A stretch of 64,000 bases of DNA from Chloroflexota bacterium (GCA_043821265.1 JBDRCY010000015.1:10558-74557); one strand, 5' to 3'; numbered from the stretch's first letter, positions 1 through 10,978 are shown. The notes: a model not told the origin generated them from the sequence alone. Numbers and translations are program-made.

Positions 1-738
1 ACTCTAACTGCCTATGACCAGTATAACAACGAGATAACTACTGGCCTTGATATGTCCTGGAGCGTTGTAAACGGCGGGGGGACCATCGACCAAAACGGGT
101 TATTCACCGCCGGGCAAACCAGGGGAGTTTTTTCAAATACAGTACGGGTGGACGTTAGCTATAACGGTGAGAGCAAGGTAGGGACAGCTACTGTCATTGT
201 CGGCAACACCATTACTTTAAGAGCTACACTACAGGGCGACGCACGAACCTTTGAGGGAATGGATGTACCTTTGACACTGAGACTGTATGATCAGGAGGTT
301 ACTAGCAGTAACATACTTACCCTATCCCCGGTAGAAACGTTTGCTACTGCCGATTGGAATATTGATATATATGACAGGGATCCCGGTACAAAGGTTTTAA
401 GTTGTAATGTATCTGCTCTGCCGACAGGGACCTATAACGTCACGCTATATACTCCTCACTGCCTGGTTAACCTTAACAACGGGGTAAACATAGCACAGGG
501 CATTACCCTTGACATGGGCGCCCTCAAGGAGGGCGACGCCAAGGATATCACCGAGAGTAGCAAGACTGTAGACAGCACCGACTTCACGAGGTTCTCTTTG
601 TCCTATGAGCTAGCGGAGGGTGAAACTGGTTACAATCCGTTGGCCGACTTCGACCGCAGCGGTACGGTGGATATTGGGGACTTTTCCCTTCTTTATACGA
701 ATTACGGGGAGACTTCACCACAGACAGTGAGCAGCTAG
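1..738 (+). CDS. Cell-surface/secreted protein, C-terminal part (5' end lies outside the window): Ig-like repeat followed by dockerin-like Ca-binding repeats
   Basis: Frame 1 is open from base 1 (TLTAYDQYNNEI...), so the Met at 52 is internal. The AYDxxxN...WSV..G..ID..GLFTA pattern resembles a Big_2-type Ig fold. The C-terminus carries two D-x-D/S-x-G-x-VD-x-x-DF type repeats (VDSTDFTRF; DFDRSGTVDIGDFSLL) typical of dockerin type I. Stop TAG at 736-738. Confidence 0.5.
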   Translation, partial: TLTAYDQYNNEITTGLDMSWSVVNGGGTIDQNGLFTAGQTRGVFSNTVRVDVSYNGESKVGTATVIVGNTITLRATLQGDARTFEGMDVPLTLRLYDQEVTSSNILTLSPVETFATADWNIDIYDRDPGTKVLSCNVSALPTGTYNVTLYTPHCLVNLNNGVNIAQGITLDMGALKEGDAKDITESSKTVDSTDFTRFSLSYELAEGETGYNPLADFDRSGTVDIGDFSLLYTNYGETSPQTVSS

Positions 739-774
739 GCGGAGGCTTAGTTGTTCCTGTAGCCGGCGGCCCCG

Positions 775-2190
775 TTAGCTTATCAGCTCTATTATCCGTG
801 ATACGTTGCCGACCTCGTCGAGGTTGCGCAGCAGGCCGGTTACCTCGTCAAGCCCTTCCGGCGAAAGTTTCTTGAGTGCGCTCGGCGCACAGGTGCGGAA
901 CTTCTCGATGACATCATCCAGGCTCATCGGGTTCCGGGGGTGCCCTTTAACATAGTCCACCCGGTGAGTAAGCGAGCGCCCGTCCCGGGTACGGATATGC
1001 AAAATAGACGGGCTTACCTTGCCGCCGCTGTAGGTAGCATTGAGCTCCGGGTCCAGTTCCACCCTCACCCGGCGGGCTACCCCGGCGATACGGGAGAATA
1101 CTTTCTCATCCTTAAAGGTCTCGCCCAGCATATCCTCGATGGTAATGCTGCCCTTGACCACGGCTATGCCCGCCAGCTTCTCCACCCCGGCCCGGGCCTC
1201 CAGGCGGTTATCGGGGTCAAAGCGTATATTCTCCCGGTCACGGCTCATCTCCATCACCGACTGATTGCCCCTTATCACCATCTCCTCGATATCATCGGGC
1301 TTGAGGTTAAACCTGACCATCGCCTCCAGCACCGCCGTAACCGAGGTATGCGAATGCTTGCAGCAGGGATAGGGTTTTATACTTATACCGGAACCCTCGA
1401 ATCTTTTTCCCAGGTCAGCGGTAAGCTCCTCGGGCCGGTAGTCGCCCCCCTTATAGGCCTGGAACAGGCCATAGACACCCTCGAAGACGTTGCGGGCAAA
1501 CATGATGCCCCGCTGGGCCATAAGGGCGGCCATAACCCCCACCTGGGCCAGCATGCCGAAATTGATATGATAGGCCCCATCATCCTTGACATACTGCATG
1601 GTGCCGCCGGTCCGGGTCATGGCGATGCCCAGGGCATTGACCATCTGGTCGCAATCCAGGCCCAGCATCTTGCCGGCGGCGGCGGCCGCCCCGAAGGTGC
1701 CGTAGAGCATGGAGGTGGCAAAGACACGGTTGCCCGGACCGAGACCGGTATTGGCCGCCAGGGCCAGACGGGCGATAAGGTCATTAGCCAAGACAACGCT
1801 GGCTATAATATCCCGGCCGCTCAACCTCCCCTGGCGCTCCGCCATAGCCAGGGCCACCGGCACCGTGCTCACGCTGCAGTGGCAGGCGGTGCCCTCGTGG
1901 CAGTCGTCAAAATCGAAGGCGCGAGCCATGAGGGCATTCAACAGCGCCGCCGGGGCCGCCGGCAGGCGATACCCGTAGCCGACAACGGTGCTTTCCTCCC
2001 GGCCTCCCTGCTTTAGCATAATATCGACCACCGCACGGCACACCCGGTCCCGGGGGCCGGTAAGGGTACAGGCCAGGGTATCGATAATATTCATCTTGGC
2101 CAGCAGCCGGTCGCCGGCCGGTATGTCCTCATAATTCAATCGGGTAATATTCTCCGCCAGGTCAAAGGCCACATCCCGTTCTCTCGTCAT
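775..2190 (-). CDS. MmgE/PrpD family protein (2-methylcitrate dehydratase-like)
   Basis: 471 aa full-length ORF. The N-terminus (..LAENITRLNYEDIPAGDRLLAKMNIIDTLACTL..) and overall length are characteristic of the MmgE/PrpD family. Confidence 0.8.
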   Translation of the reverse strand: MTRERDVAFDLAENITRLNYEDIPAGDRLLAKMNIIDTLACTLTGPRDRVCRAVVDIMLKQGGREESTVVGYGYRLPAAPAALLNALMARAFDFDDCHEGTACHCSVSTVPVALAMAERQGRLSGRDIIASVVLANDLIARLALAANTGLGPGNRVFATSMLYGTFGAAAAAGKMLGLDCDQMVNALGIAMTRTGGTMQYVKDDGAYHINFGMLAQVGVMAALMAQRGIMFARNVFEGVYGLFQAYKGGDYRPEELTADLGKRFEGSGISIKPYPCCKHSHTSVTAVLEAMVRFNLKPDDIEEMVIRGNQSVMEMSRDRENIRFDPDNRLEARAGVEKLAGIAVVKGSITIEDMLGETFKDEKVFSRIAGVARRVRVELDPELNATYSGGKVSPSILHIRTRDGRSLTHRVDYVKGHPRNPMSLDDVIEKFRTCAPSALKKLSPEGLDEVTGLLRNLDEVGNVSRIIELIS

Positions 2191-2354
2191 TGCTATTTCC
2201 CTCCTGTCCTGCTTGTCTGGAATATATTATTTTCCCGCCGACCTTGTCAACATAGACCGGGCATCTCAAGGTATGATAACATTATATTTAAGCGCCCGGC
2301 ACTGCCGGAGAGACCGCACCGGAAGCTACTACCCGGAAAGGACTATTAGCTCAA

Positions 2355-2840
2355 GTGACAGTTCTGCCCATACGTCATCAGCCGGATACGGTACTGAGAG
2401 AGAAGGCCAAGAGGGTACCCAAGGTCGACAGCTCTATCAAGCGGATTATCGACGACATGATAGAGACGGTACACCATACCCCCAACGGGGTAGGGCTGGC
2501 CGCCCCCCAGGTGGGCATATCACTCAGGATTATAGTACTGCGAATGCCCGAGGAGGAACCCATAGTCATCGTCAACCCCCAGATAGTTAAGCGCCACGGC
2601 GAGCGGGAGCTAACCGAGGCCTGTCTCAGCGTTCCCGGCTACTGGGGCGAGGTAAAGCGCGCGGTCTCGGTTACCGTCAAGGGCCTGGACAGGGAGGGAA
2701 AGGCCATCAGGATAAAGGCCACCGACCTCGCCGCCCAAGCCCTGGAGCACGAGATAGACCACCTCGACGGCACATTGTTCCTGGACCATGTAGCCGGCGA
2801 GCTACACCAGGTCGAGACCATAACCCCGCCAGAGACCTAG
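2355..2840 (+). CDS. def: Peptide deformylase
   Basis: 161 aa with a GTG start. All three deformylase motifs are present: GVGLAAPQVG, ACLSVPG (EGCLS-type), HEIDHLDG. Confidence 0.92.
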   Translation: MTVLPIRHQPDTVLREKAKRVPKVDSSIKRIIDDMIETVHHTPNGVGLAAPQVGISLRIIVLRMPEEEPIVIVNPQIVKRHGERELTEACLSVPGYWGEVKRAVSVTVKGLDREGKAIRIKATDLAAQALEHEIDHLDGTLFLDHVAGELHQVETITPPET

Positions 2841-2897
2841 CCGTCGCCTCTTACCAGATTCTATAAAAAGACTCGAACCAAATACTACTAAAACGGA

Positions 2898-3563
2898 GTG
2901 AACGATACAGTGCCCGCAGACCCTGTAATGAAAACCCTGGTGCAGTGCGATTTCGACGGCACCATCACCGAAAAGGATGTCTCCTTCCTGCTGCTGGACG
3001 CCTTCGCCGATGGCAACTGGCGCCAGATGCTAACCCAGTACCGGGAGGGCCAGATATCGGTCAACTACTTCAATACCAGGGCCTTTGCCATGATAAAGGC
3101 CGATAAGCAGACCCTGATTGATTTCATGAAGCCGCTGGTGAGAATACGGCCCGGCTTTCATGAGCTGCTGGCCTACTGCCGCCGGCAGAATTTCAGGTTC
3201 GTTATCGTCAGTAACGGCCAGGACTTCTACATAGATGAAATCCTGGCCGGCCTCGGCGAAAAGGACATGGAAATATTTGCCGCCCGTACCGAATTCGACG
3301 GGCACGTTAAGGCCCAGTATATCGGGCCGGACGGCCGACCGCTACAGGACGGCTTCAAGGAGGCCTATACCCGCCTATTCATAGAGCAGGGCTACCGGAT
3401 AATATATATCGGTAACGGCCTCTCCGATGTCCCGCCGGCCAGATTGTCCCACCGCATCTTTGCCACCGATGAAATGCTCGACTGCCTGAAGAAGACAGAC
3501 CTTAGCTACGAACCCTTTAACAACCTCAACGATGTTACCGCCAGCCTCAAATCATCGGAATAG
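2898..3563 (+). CDS. HAD superfamily subfamily IB phosphatase (MtnX/PSPase-like); start uncertain (GTG 2898, GTG 2910 or ATG 2928)
   Basis: HAD motif I DFDGTIT (VQCDFDGTITEKD), later VSNG and GNGLSD motifs, 221 aa. Confidence 0.6.
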   Translation: MNDTVPADPVMKTLVQCDFDGTITEKDVSFLLLDAFADGNWRQMLTQYREGQISVNYFNTRAFAMIKADKQTLIDFMKPLVRIRPGFHELLAYCRRQNFRFVIVSNGQDFYIDEILAGLGEKDMEIFAARTEFDGHVKAQYIGPDGRPLQDGFKEAYTRLFIEQGYRIIYIGNGLSDVPPARLSHRIFATDEMLDCLKKTDLSYEPFNNLNDVTASLKSSE

Positions 3564-3660
3564 TAAAATTACGCACCACTCTCACCTTGTACTATTACCA
3601 CCACAGCACCCCCAATCATGCTAAAATAGGGGATGGACGGTCTAGCAAAGGGGCTGGGGC

Positions 3661-6231
3661 ATGATTCCCGTTAAGCTAAGCATAAACAATTTCATGTGCT
3701 ATGCCGATAACGTGCCACCGCTCAGCTTCGATGGCATCCACACCGTCTGCATCTCCGGCGACAACGGCAACGGCAAGTCGGCGCTGATTGACGCCATGAC
3801 CTGGGCGCTATGGGGGAAAACCAGGACCAAGAGCGACGACAACCTGGTCCATGCCGGCAGCACGGAAATGGCGGCGGAGTTCGACTTCGCCGTAGGCGAG
3901 CAACTATACCGCATCATACGCAATTATGCCCGGCCCAAACAGCGGGGACGCTCGGGACAGAGCAGCCTGGGGCTGCTCATAGCCGATAGCAGCGGCTTCA
4001 AGGTAATCTCCGGCGACAGAATAAGCCAAACGCAACAGAAGGTCGTTGACATACTCCACATGGACTACCAGACCTTTATTAACAGCGCCTACCTGATGCA
4101 GGGCCATGCCGACGAGTTCACCAGCAAGAGCCCGGTGGAACGTAAAGAGGTGCTGGCCAATATCCTCCAGCTATCTCTCTATGACGAACTGGAGGAACGG
4201 GCTAAGGAGATGGCGAAACAGCAGGGCGAAGAGAACCTTAAGCTGGAGAGCGCCATCGAGGAAATCACTAACGAGCTGGCGCAAAAGCCGGCCTACGAAG
4301 CCGAATTTGAGCAACTAAAGGACGAGCTCACCCGGAGGGAAGAGGATATAAAGGAGCGGGAGTCCCGGCGCAACCGGCTGAAACAGGAAAAGGACACGCT
4401 GGAAGGTAAGAAAACACAACTGGCCGAGCTGGCGGAGCATACAGCGGATAGAGAGAGGGAGCTGGAGCGCTGGCAGGGACAGGCCAAACAGCACCGCTCC
4501 CGGCTCATAGAATACGAAGGTTTAATCAATCAACGCTCCAGCATAGAAGATGGCTACGCTCAATTCCTCGAGGCCAAGAAAGCAGATAATGAGTTCGACC
4601 AGAATTTTAGACAGGCTGCCGCCTTAAGCGAGCGCAAGCACCAGCTGGAGATGCTCATCACCCAGGCCAGCCAGGGACTGGTTAAAGAGCATGCCATCAC
4701 CCAAAACCGCATAACGGAGATGGAAGCCAGCTCACGGCAGCTACCCCAGCTTAAGGACCAGTCGCAGAAGCTCCGGGCGCAAATTGACCGGCTGGCCGCT
4801 GAGGCAGCGGAACTGGCTACGAAGAGGGGGACCAGCCAGGAGTTACGCAATAGAACCTATTATCTGAAGTCCCGCCAGGCCAAGCTGGAAGCGGAAATAA
4901 AGGAGATAGCGGAAAAGCTCGACCTCCTCTTAACCCAGAGCGATGCCAAGTGCCCCCTGTGCGAGACCGACCTGGGCACCGAGGAGAGAGAGCGCATCAG
5001 GGCCAAATACACCGCCCAGAAGGACGACAGTATTAATTCCCTGAAACAGAACCAGGAGGAACTGGCGCCAAAAAAGGGCGAGCTAGAGCTGCTAGAGAAG
5101 GAGATAAGCGAGCGGGAAACGAGGCTGAACCAGGCTCAGACCTCTGTCCAAAGGCAGGACAGTATCCTGAGTAAGGCCATCTCCGAGGCCGAAGCGGCCG
5201 CAGACAGTCTAACCGAGGCCCGGGAAACGCTGGCCCGGATTGAACAAGAGCTGGCCAGCAAGGACTTTGCCCTGGCCGAACAAACAGCCCTGAAGGAGCT
5301 GGAAGACGAGTTGGGCCATCTCGGCTATGACCCCGCGCAGCACGAGGTAGTGCGCCAGCGCCGGGCCGACCTCGAGCGATTCGAGGAGGCCCAACGCAAA
5401 CTGGACGAAGCCAGCCGGCTACTTAAGCAGGCAACCGAGGCGGCCCTCGGCGCCGAGAAGGCCGCCGGCGAGCTACAGCATACCCTGGAGGGCTACCGGC
5501 AGAAAAAGCAGACCCTGAGCCAGGAAGTCGCTTCACTCCCCCAGGTCCTCAGCGACCTGGCCCAGGCGGAAACGGAATATCAGGCCGTGGCCGGCCAGCA
5601 AAGGCAGTCCCAGGAAGCAATGTGGGGCATGAAGGCCAAACTGGAACGCTGCGCGGAGCTGGAGACCAAAAAGCGGGAGAAGACAAAACTGCTGAGCCAG
5701 GCCTCACGGGAGGAGAAAATCTACCGGGAACTGGTACAGGCCTTCGGTAAGAGGGGGGTACAGGCCCTGCTCATTGAAATGGCGCTCCCCGAAATAGAAA
5801 TTGAGGCCAATAGACTACTGGGACGCATGACCGATAATAGGATGCATGTCAAGATCGAGACCCAGCGAGAGACCAAGAAGGGGGACGTTATCGAGACGCT
5901 GGATATCAATATCTCCGATGAGCTGGGGACGCGCAACTACGAGATGTTCAGCGGCGGCGAGGCCTTCCGCATTAACTTTGCCATCCGCATCGCCCTCTCC
6001 AAGATGCTCGCCCGGCGGGCCGGGGCACCGCTGCCCACCCTCATCATCGACGAAGGCTTCGGCACTCAGGACTCAACCGGCATAGAGAAGCTAAAAGAGG
6101 CGATAAACTCCATACAGGACGACTTCAAGAAGATACTGGCCATTACCCATGTTGAGGAACTGAAAGATGCCTTCCCAGCCCGTATTAGCGTGGTCAAGAC
6201 CGCCACCGGCTCAACCCTGGCGATGGGCTAA
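3661..6231 (+). CDS. sbcC: SbcC/Rad50-family SMC-like ATPase with coiled coil and zinc hook
   Basis: N-terminal Walker A GDNGNGKSALIDAMTWALWGK. Long Glu/Lys/Gln/Leu-rich coiled-coil middle with a central CPLC (CxxC) hook. C-terminal signature FSGGE and Walker B LIIDEGFG. 856 aa. Confidence 0.8.
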   Translation: MIPVKLSINNFMCYADNVPPLSFDGIHTVCISGDNGNGKSALIDAMTWALWGKTRTKSDDNLVHAGSTEMAAEFDFAVGEQLYRIIRNYARPKQRGRSGQSSLGLLIADSSGFKVISGDRISQTQQKVVDILHMDYQTFINSAYLMQGHADEFTSKSPVERKEVLANILQLSLYDELEERAKEMAKQQGEENLKLESAIEEITNELAQKPAYEAEFEQLKDELTRREEDIKERESRRNRLKQEKDTLEGKKTQLAELAEHTADRERELERWQGQAKQHRSRLIEYEGLINQRSSIEDGYAQFLEAKKADNEFDQNFRQAAALSERKHQLEMLITQASQGLVKEHAITQNRITEMEASSRQLPQLKDQSQKLRAQIDRLAAEAAELATKRGTSQELRNRTYYLKSRQAKLEAEIKEIAEKLDLLLTQSDAKCPLCETDLGTEERERIRAKYTAQKDDSINSLKQNQEELAPKKGELELLEKEISERETRLNQAQTSVQRQDSILSKAISEAEAAADSLTEARETLARIEQELASKDFALAEQTALKELEDELGHLGYDPAQHEVVRQRRADLERFEEAQRKLDEASRLLKQATEAALGAEKAAGELQHTLEGYRQKKQTLSQEVASLPQVLSDLAQAETEYQAVAGQQRQSQEAMWGMKAKLERCAELETKKREKTKLLSQASREEKIYRELVQAFGKRGVQALLIEMALPEIEIEANRLLGRMTDNRMHVKIETQRETKKGDVIETLDINISDELGTRNYEMFSGGEAFRINFAIRIALSKMLARRAGAPLPTLIIDEGFGTQDSTGIEKLKEAINSIQDDFKKILAITHVEELKDAFPARISVVKTATGSTLAMG

Positions 6232-6235
6232 CCGG

Positions 6236-6787
6236 CTACAGGCCGAGGCTATCGGCAACCGGCTTCATGGCCGCCAGCCCCAGGGCAATGAAATCATCAA
6301 GCTCCAGGCCGATTTCACTGCACTGGCCAATCTGCTGCCTATCGACACTGGCGGCAAAGGCCTTTTCCTTGAATCTCTTCTTCACCGATTTAAGGAGAAG
6401 GTCCGCCAGCTTCTTATCGGGGCGAACCAGGGCGGCGGCGATAATCAGGCCGGTCAGCTGGTCAGCACAAAACAGGGCCTTATCCAGCGTGGTCTCCCGG
6501 GGTACGCCATGGGTCTCGTTGTGCGACAGAATGGCATGGGCCATGGCCTCACTGGCCCCCATCTCCCTGACCAAATCAGCCCCCAGCTTACTATGGGTGC
6601 TCATATCCCCATCGGTAAGCTCCATATCGATGTCATGCAATAGCCCGGTGAGACCCCACTCCTCCTCGTCCTCGCCCAGTCGCCGGGCGAGAGCCCGCAT
6701 AATGGCCTCGGTAGCCAGCATGTGCTTTATCAGGTTCTCACTGCCCACATTGACACCGATGGAATCAAGGGCTTCTTCCCGGGTCAT
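6236..6787 (-). CDS. HD-domain (HDIG-type) metal-dependent phosphohydrolase
   Basis: 183 aa with an H...HD motif (GLLHDIDME) and a downstream SHNETHG. Its start overlaps the MFS stop by 4 nt, consistent with an operon. Confidence 0.65.
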   Translation of the reverse strand: MTREEALDSIGVNVGSENLIKHMLATEAIMRALARRLGEDEEEWGLTGLLHDIDMELTDGDMSTHSKLGADLVREMGASEAMAHAILSHNETHGVPRETTLDKALFCADQLTGLIIAAALVRPDKKLADLLLKSVKKRFKEKAFAASVDRQQIGQCSEIGLELDDFIALGLAAMKPVADSLGL

Positions 6788-8049
6788 AGACCCTCCCCCT
6801 TAGTAGCTATCGGTTTCAGCATCACGGAGAATATCATAGCAACAACCGCCAGGGCTATGCAAATCAGGAAGGCCCAGATATAACTACCCGTTATATCAAA
6901 GATGCGACCACCCAACCAGGGACCAACGGCACCACCCAGAGTGGCGATAAAGAGACTAACCCCCAGGATAGAGGCCAGGGAAGCCAGCCCGAATAGCTCA
7001 GCGGTAAACACCGACATGAATACCACCAGCCCACCGTAAGCGATGCCGAAGATAGCGGCGAAGAGGTAAAGCCTCCAGACCTCCCTGGCGAAAACGGGCA
7101 GCAGGAAAGCGGCCACTATCACCATAAAACAACCGACCAGCAGGCGCTTGTTGCCCAGCCGGTCACCCATGGTCCCCAATAACACCCGGCCCACAATGCC
7201 CCCCAGGCCGATAATGAGCACAATATTGGCCGCACTGGTCCTGGGAATTCCGATATCGGTAGCATGAGAAAAGAGATGCGTCATAACAATCTGCATAAAG
7301 AAGGTAAAGCAGAAACCGACAGTGCAGAGGAAAGCGAACTGCCGGGTACGAATTGCCTCCCGCAGGGAAAGACCCCTACTCTGTATATTTACGCCACCTC
7401 CCCGGGCCTCCCCGGAGCCATATGCCACCTGACCCATACGCTCTGGATTAGCCCTTAAGAACTGGGCCGCTACCGGAAGCAGCACCAGTGTCGCCGCACC
7501 GATGATGATATAGGAAAACTGCCAGTCATAGGCATTAATGAGGCGAGTGGCTATCGGGGCCATAATCGCGGTGCCCAGCCCGCTGCCCGCCAGGACAATA
7601 CCGGCCACCAGCCCCCGGCGCTTAACAAACCACCGGGAGATAGTGGCTATAATCGGCGGAGTACTGCCGCACATGCCAAAGGCGATAAACACACCGTAAA
7701 TACCATATAGCTGCCAGATAGCGGTGACCCGGGACATCAGCAAATAGCCCACGCCCAGGACGACGCCGCATACGGTTACCACCAACCTCGGCCCCAGCCT
7801 GTCACACAGCGGGCCCACGAAGATATACATGATAGCATGAGCCACCATATAGACCGTGATGGCACCGGCAGTCTGCCCCCTCTCCCAGCCGTAGCCAATC
7901 TGTATCGGCTTCAAGAAGACGCCAAACGAATAGTAGGTGCCGAACATGACCAGCATGACCAGGAAGGCAATACCTACTATCACATAGCCATAGAAAAAGC
8001 GGGAGTGCCCACTCCCCGCCGCCGACGGTGCTTTATTATCCTCAGTCAC
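6784..8049 (-). CDS. MFS transporter (oxalate/formate antiporter-like)
   Basis: 421 aa, about 12 hydrophobic segments, MFS-like loop motifs (GPLCDRLGPR, GTMGDRLGNKR). Confidence 0.8.
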   Translation of the reverse strand: MTEDNKAPSAAGSGHSRFFYGYVIVGIAFLVMLVMFGTYYSFGVFLKPIQIGYGWERGQTAGAITVYMVAHAIMYIFVGPLCDRLGPRLVVTVCGVVLGVGYLLMSRVTAIWQLYGIYGVFIAFGMCGSTPPIIATISRWFVKRRGLVAGIVLAGSGLGTAIMAPIATRLINAYDWQFSYIIIGAATLVLLPVAAQFLRANPERMGQVAYGSGEARGGGVNIQSRGLSLREAIRTRQFAFLCTVGFCFTFFMQIVMTHLFSHATDIGIPRTSAANIVLIIGLGGIVGRVLLGTMGDRLGNKRLLVGCFMVIVAAFLLPVFAREVWRLYLFAAIFGIAYGGLVVFMSVFTAELFGLASLASILGVSLFIATLGGAVGPWLGGRIFDITGSYIWAFLICIALAVVAMIFSVMLKPIATKGEGL

Positions 8050-8070
8050 AAGTCCCCTTCCTTTCGGTCC

Positions 8071-10917
8071 TTAGAGCGCAGTCACTACCCCGGGTAATAC
8101 CCTTTTGAGGTACTGCCCGGTAGTCGAAGCCTCCTGGCGGGCTATCTCCTCGGGGGTGCCGGTAGCCACCACATAGCCACCCTTGTCACCAGCCCCCGGC
8201 CCCAGGTCAATAATATAATCGGCATTCTTAATCACATCCAGGTGATGCTCAATAACGACCACCGTATTACCAGCGTCAACCAGGCGCTGCAACACCCCCA
8301 GTAGCGCCGCCACATCGCTGAAGGCCAGGCCGGTGGTAGGCTCATCGAGGATATATAACGTCCGGCCGGTGGAGCGCCGCGACAGCTCGGTGGCCAGCTT
8401 CACCCGCTGCGCCTCGCCGCCGGAGAGCGTCGGCGCCGGCTGACCCAGACGGATATAGCCCAGGCCAACGTCGTTTAAGGTTTTCAGCTTACCAGCCACC
8501 TTGGGGAAATGCTCGAAGAAGGCGAGGGCCTCCTCTACGGTCATATCCAGTATCTCGGCTATGTTCTTGCCCTTGAACCTGATCTCCAGGGCCTCACGGT
8601 TATAGCGCCTGCCCTGGCACACCTCGCAGGGGACGGTTACATCCGGCAGGAACTGCATCTCAATCTGAATAAAGCCCTCCCCACGGCAGGCCTCGCAGCG
8701 CCCGCCCTTGACATTGAACGAGAACCGGCCGGGGGCATAGCCCCTCATCCGGGACTCGGGGACCGTGGCCAGGAGCTCACGGATAGGGGTAAAGGTGCCG
8801 GTATAGGTGGCCGGGTTGCTGCGCGGGGTACGGCCGATGGGCGACTGGTCAATATTGATTACCTTGTCGATATGCTGGATGCCAATAATCTCGTCGCAGG
8901 CACCAGCCCTCTTACGAGAGCCATAGAGTATATAGGCCAGCTTCCGGTAGAAGACATCATCGATAAGGGTGCTCTTACCAGAACCGGAAACGCCGGTAAC
9001 ACCAACGAACCGGCCCAGGGGAATGTGGACATCTATATTCTTCAGGTTATTCTGCCGGGCCCCCTTTATTACCATCTCCTCACCCGAGCCCGGACGGCGC
9101 TCGGAGGGCACGGGTATGTGCTTGGCGCCGCCGAGGTACTGGCCGGTAATCGACTTCGGACAATCCATAATATCCGACATAGTCCCGGTGGCCACCACCC
9201 ACCCACCGTGCTCCCCGGCCCCGGGCCCCATATCGATAATATGGTCAGCCGCCCGCATCATGGCCTCGTCATGCTCCACCACCAGGATGGTATTACCCAG
9301 GTCCCTCAACCGCTTCATGGTATCAATAAGACGAGCATCGTCGGCCGGGTGCAGGCCCACCGTCGGCTCATCGCAGATATAGAGCACCCCCATAAGCCCG
9401 CTGCCTATCTGGGTAGCCAGGCGAATGCGCTGGGCCTCACCGCCGCTTAAGGTAGCCGAAGCCCGCTCCAGGGTAAGGTAGTCCAGGCCTACGTTCTCCA
9501 GGAAGGTGAGGCGGGCCCTGATTTCCTTCAGTATCTGGCTGGCAATCATCCGCTCGCGCTCGTTAAGTATGCCCGTCTTATCATCACTGGCGGCGTCCAC
9601 CCACTCTAGTGCCTGCACCACGGACAGGGTACTGATATCCATAATATTCCTGGCGTCGATAGTCACCGCCAGCGACTCCGGCTTAAGGCGCTTGCCCTCA
9701 CATACCGGGCACTCCCGGGACACCATATAGCGCTCCGTTACCGCCCGGGAATTATCCGACTCCGTCTCGCGGTACAACCGCTCCAGCCGCGGTATTATCC
9801 CCTCATAGCCGGTGAAATACCGCTTCTCCCGGCCAAAGCGATTGCGATGGTTCACCCAGTCCCCCTCCTCGCCGTAGAGCAATAGCTTTATCTGCTCCTC
9901 AGTCAGGCCCTTCACCGGCGTATCGAGCGAGAAGCCGTAGCGCCGGGCCAGGTGTTCGAACTGGTCAAAGTACCAGAACGACGTCTGATAGGGGCGGATT
10001 GCCCCCTGGGCTATGGACAGGTCCCTGTTGGGCATAATCAGCCCGGGGTCTATCTCCTGCTTGACCCCCAGGCCGGTACAGGCCGGGCAGGCGCCATGAG
10101 GGCTGTTGAAGCTGAAGGTACGGGGGGCCATCTCGCCCAGGCTGACGCCACAGTGCACACAGGCGAAGTGCTCCGAGAAAAGCAGCTCCTCGCCATCGAT
10201 AATGGACACCAGCACCACCCCGGCCCCCAGCTTGAGGGCCGTCTCCACCGAGTCGGCGATGCGGGACTGGCTGCCGCTCTGGCCCACTACCAGCCGGTCA
10301 ACCACCGCCGCGATGGAGTGCTTCTTTTTCTTATCCAGATGGAAGTCCTGGGACAGTTCGTAAATACGGCCATCGACCCGGACCCTCACATAGCCGGCCC
10401 GGCGCAGGTCCTCGAACACCGTCTGATACTCACCCTTGCGGTCCCTGACCAGCGGCGCCATAATCATGATACGGCTGCGCGAGGGGAGACGCCCGATGGC
10501 ATCGACAATCTGCTGCACCGTCTGCATGGCAATCTCGCGGCCGCACCGGGGACAGTGCGGGTGGCCCACCCGGGCAAAGAGCAGGCGCAGGTAATCGTAT
10601 ATCTCGGTTACGGTACCCACCGTAGACCGCGGGTTCTTACTGGTCCCCTTCTGGTCAATGGAGATAGCCGGACTCAATCCCTCGATATAATCGACCTCCG
10701 GCTTTTCCATCCGGCCCAGGAACTGGCGGGCATAGGCCGATAATGACTCCACATAGCGGCGTTGACCCTCGGCATAGATGGTATCGAAGGCCAGCGAGCT
10801 CTTGCCGGAGCCAGAAACACCGGTAATAACCACCAGCCTGTCCCGGGGGATGGTCACATCTATATTCTTGAGGTTATGCTCACGAGCCCCCTTGACGATT
10901 ATGGAATCCAGCGGCAT
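8071..10917 (-). CDS. uvrA: Excinuclease ABC subunit A
   Basis: 948 aa. N-terminus [50 protein letters not shown], two ABC modules (LSGGEAQR twice), zinc-finger Cys pairs. Confidence 0.97.
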   Translation of the reverse strand: MPLDSIIVKGAREHNLKNIDVTIPRDRLVVITGVSGSGKSSLAFDTIYAEGQRRYVESLSAYARQFLGRMEKPEVDYIEGLSPAISIDQKGTSKNPRSTVGTVTEIYDYLRLLFARVGHPHCPRCGREIAMQTVQQIVDAIGRLPSRSRIMIMAPLVRDRKGEYQTVFEDLRRAGYVRVRVDGRIYELSQDFHLDKKKKHSIAAVVDRLVVGQSGSQSRIADSVETALKLGAGVVLVSIIDGEELLFSEHFACVHCGVSLGEMAPRTFSFNSPHGACPACTGLGVKQEIDPGLIMPNRDLSIAQGAIRPYQTSFWYFDQFEHLARRYGFSLDTPVKGLTEEQIKLLLYGEEGDWVNHRNRFGREKRYFTGYEGIIPRLERLYRETESDNSRAVTERYMVSRECPVCEGKRLKPESLAVTIDARNIMDISTLSVVQALEWVDAASDDKTGILNERERMIASQILKEIRARLTFLENVGLDYLTLERASATLSGGEAQRIRLATQIGSGLMGVLYICDEPTVGLHPADDARLIDTMKRLRDLGNTILVVEHDEAMMRAADHIIDMGPGAGEHGGWVVATGTMSDIMDCPKSITGQYLGGAKHIPVPSERRPGSGEEMVIKGARQNNLKNIDVHIPLGRFVGVTGVSGSGKSTLIDDVFYRKLAYILYGSRKRAGACDEIIGIQHIDKVINIDQSPIGRTPRSNPATYTGTFTPIRELLATVPESRMRGYAPGRFSFNVKGGRCEACRGEGFIQIEMQFLPDVTVPCEVCQGRRYNREALEIRFKGKNIAEILDMTVEEALAFFEHFPKVAGKLKTLNDVGLGYIRLGQPAPTLSGGEAQRVKLATELSRRSTGRTLYILDEPTTGLAFSDVAALLGVLQRLVDAGNTVVVIEHHLDVIKNADYIIDLGPGAGDKGGYVVATGTPEEIARQEASTTGQYLKRVLPGVVTAL

Positions 10918-10948
10918 AGCTCTCTACTACCCTTCCTGAAATCAGTTA

Positions 10949-10978
10949 ATTGTAGCACCGGGCGCGCCGGGACAACAA
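10949..10978 (-). promoter_or_regulatory. Candidate sigma70-type promoter for uvrA (-35 TTGTTG, 18-nt spacer, extended -10 TGcTACAAT)
   Basis: The minus strand reads TTGTTG-tcccggcgcgcccggtgc-TACAAT, about 30 nt upstream of the uvrA ATG. Confidence 0.4.

Noticed and set aside
940-2016. 358-aa plus-strand ORF antisense to MmgE/PrpD, plus similar shadow ORFs at 8509-9450, 9952-10743, 11405-12628, 14529-15308, 21818-22867, 28026-28790, 37520-38185, 42737-43516 and 59657-60415
   Set aside because: All lie inside well-supported genes on the opposite strand and have Arg/Gly/Pro/His-rich junk-like translations with no start context. They are treated as shadow ORFs.
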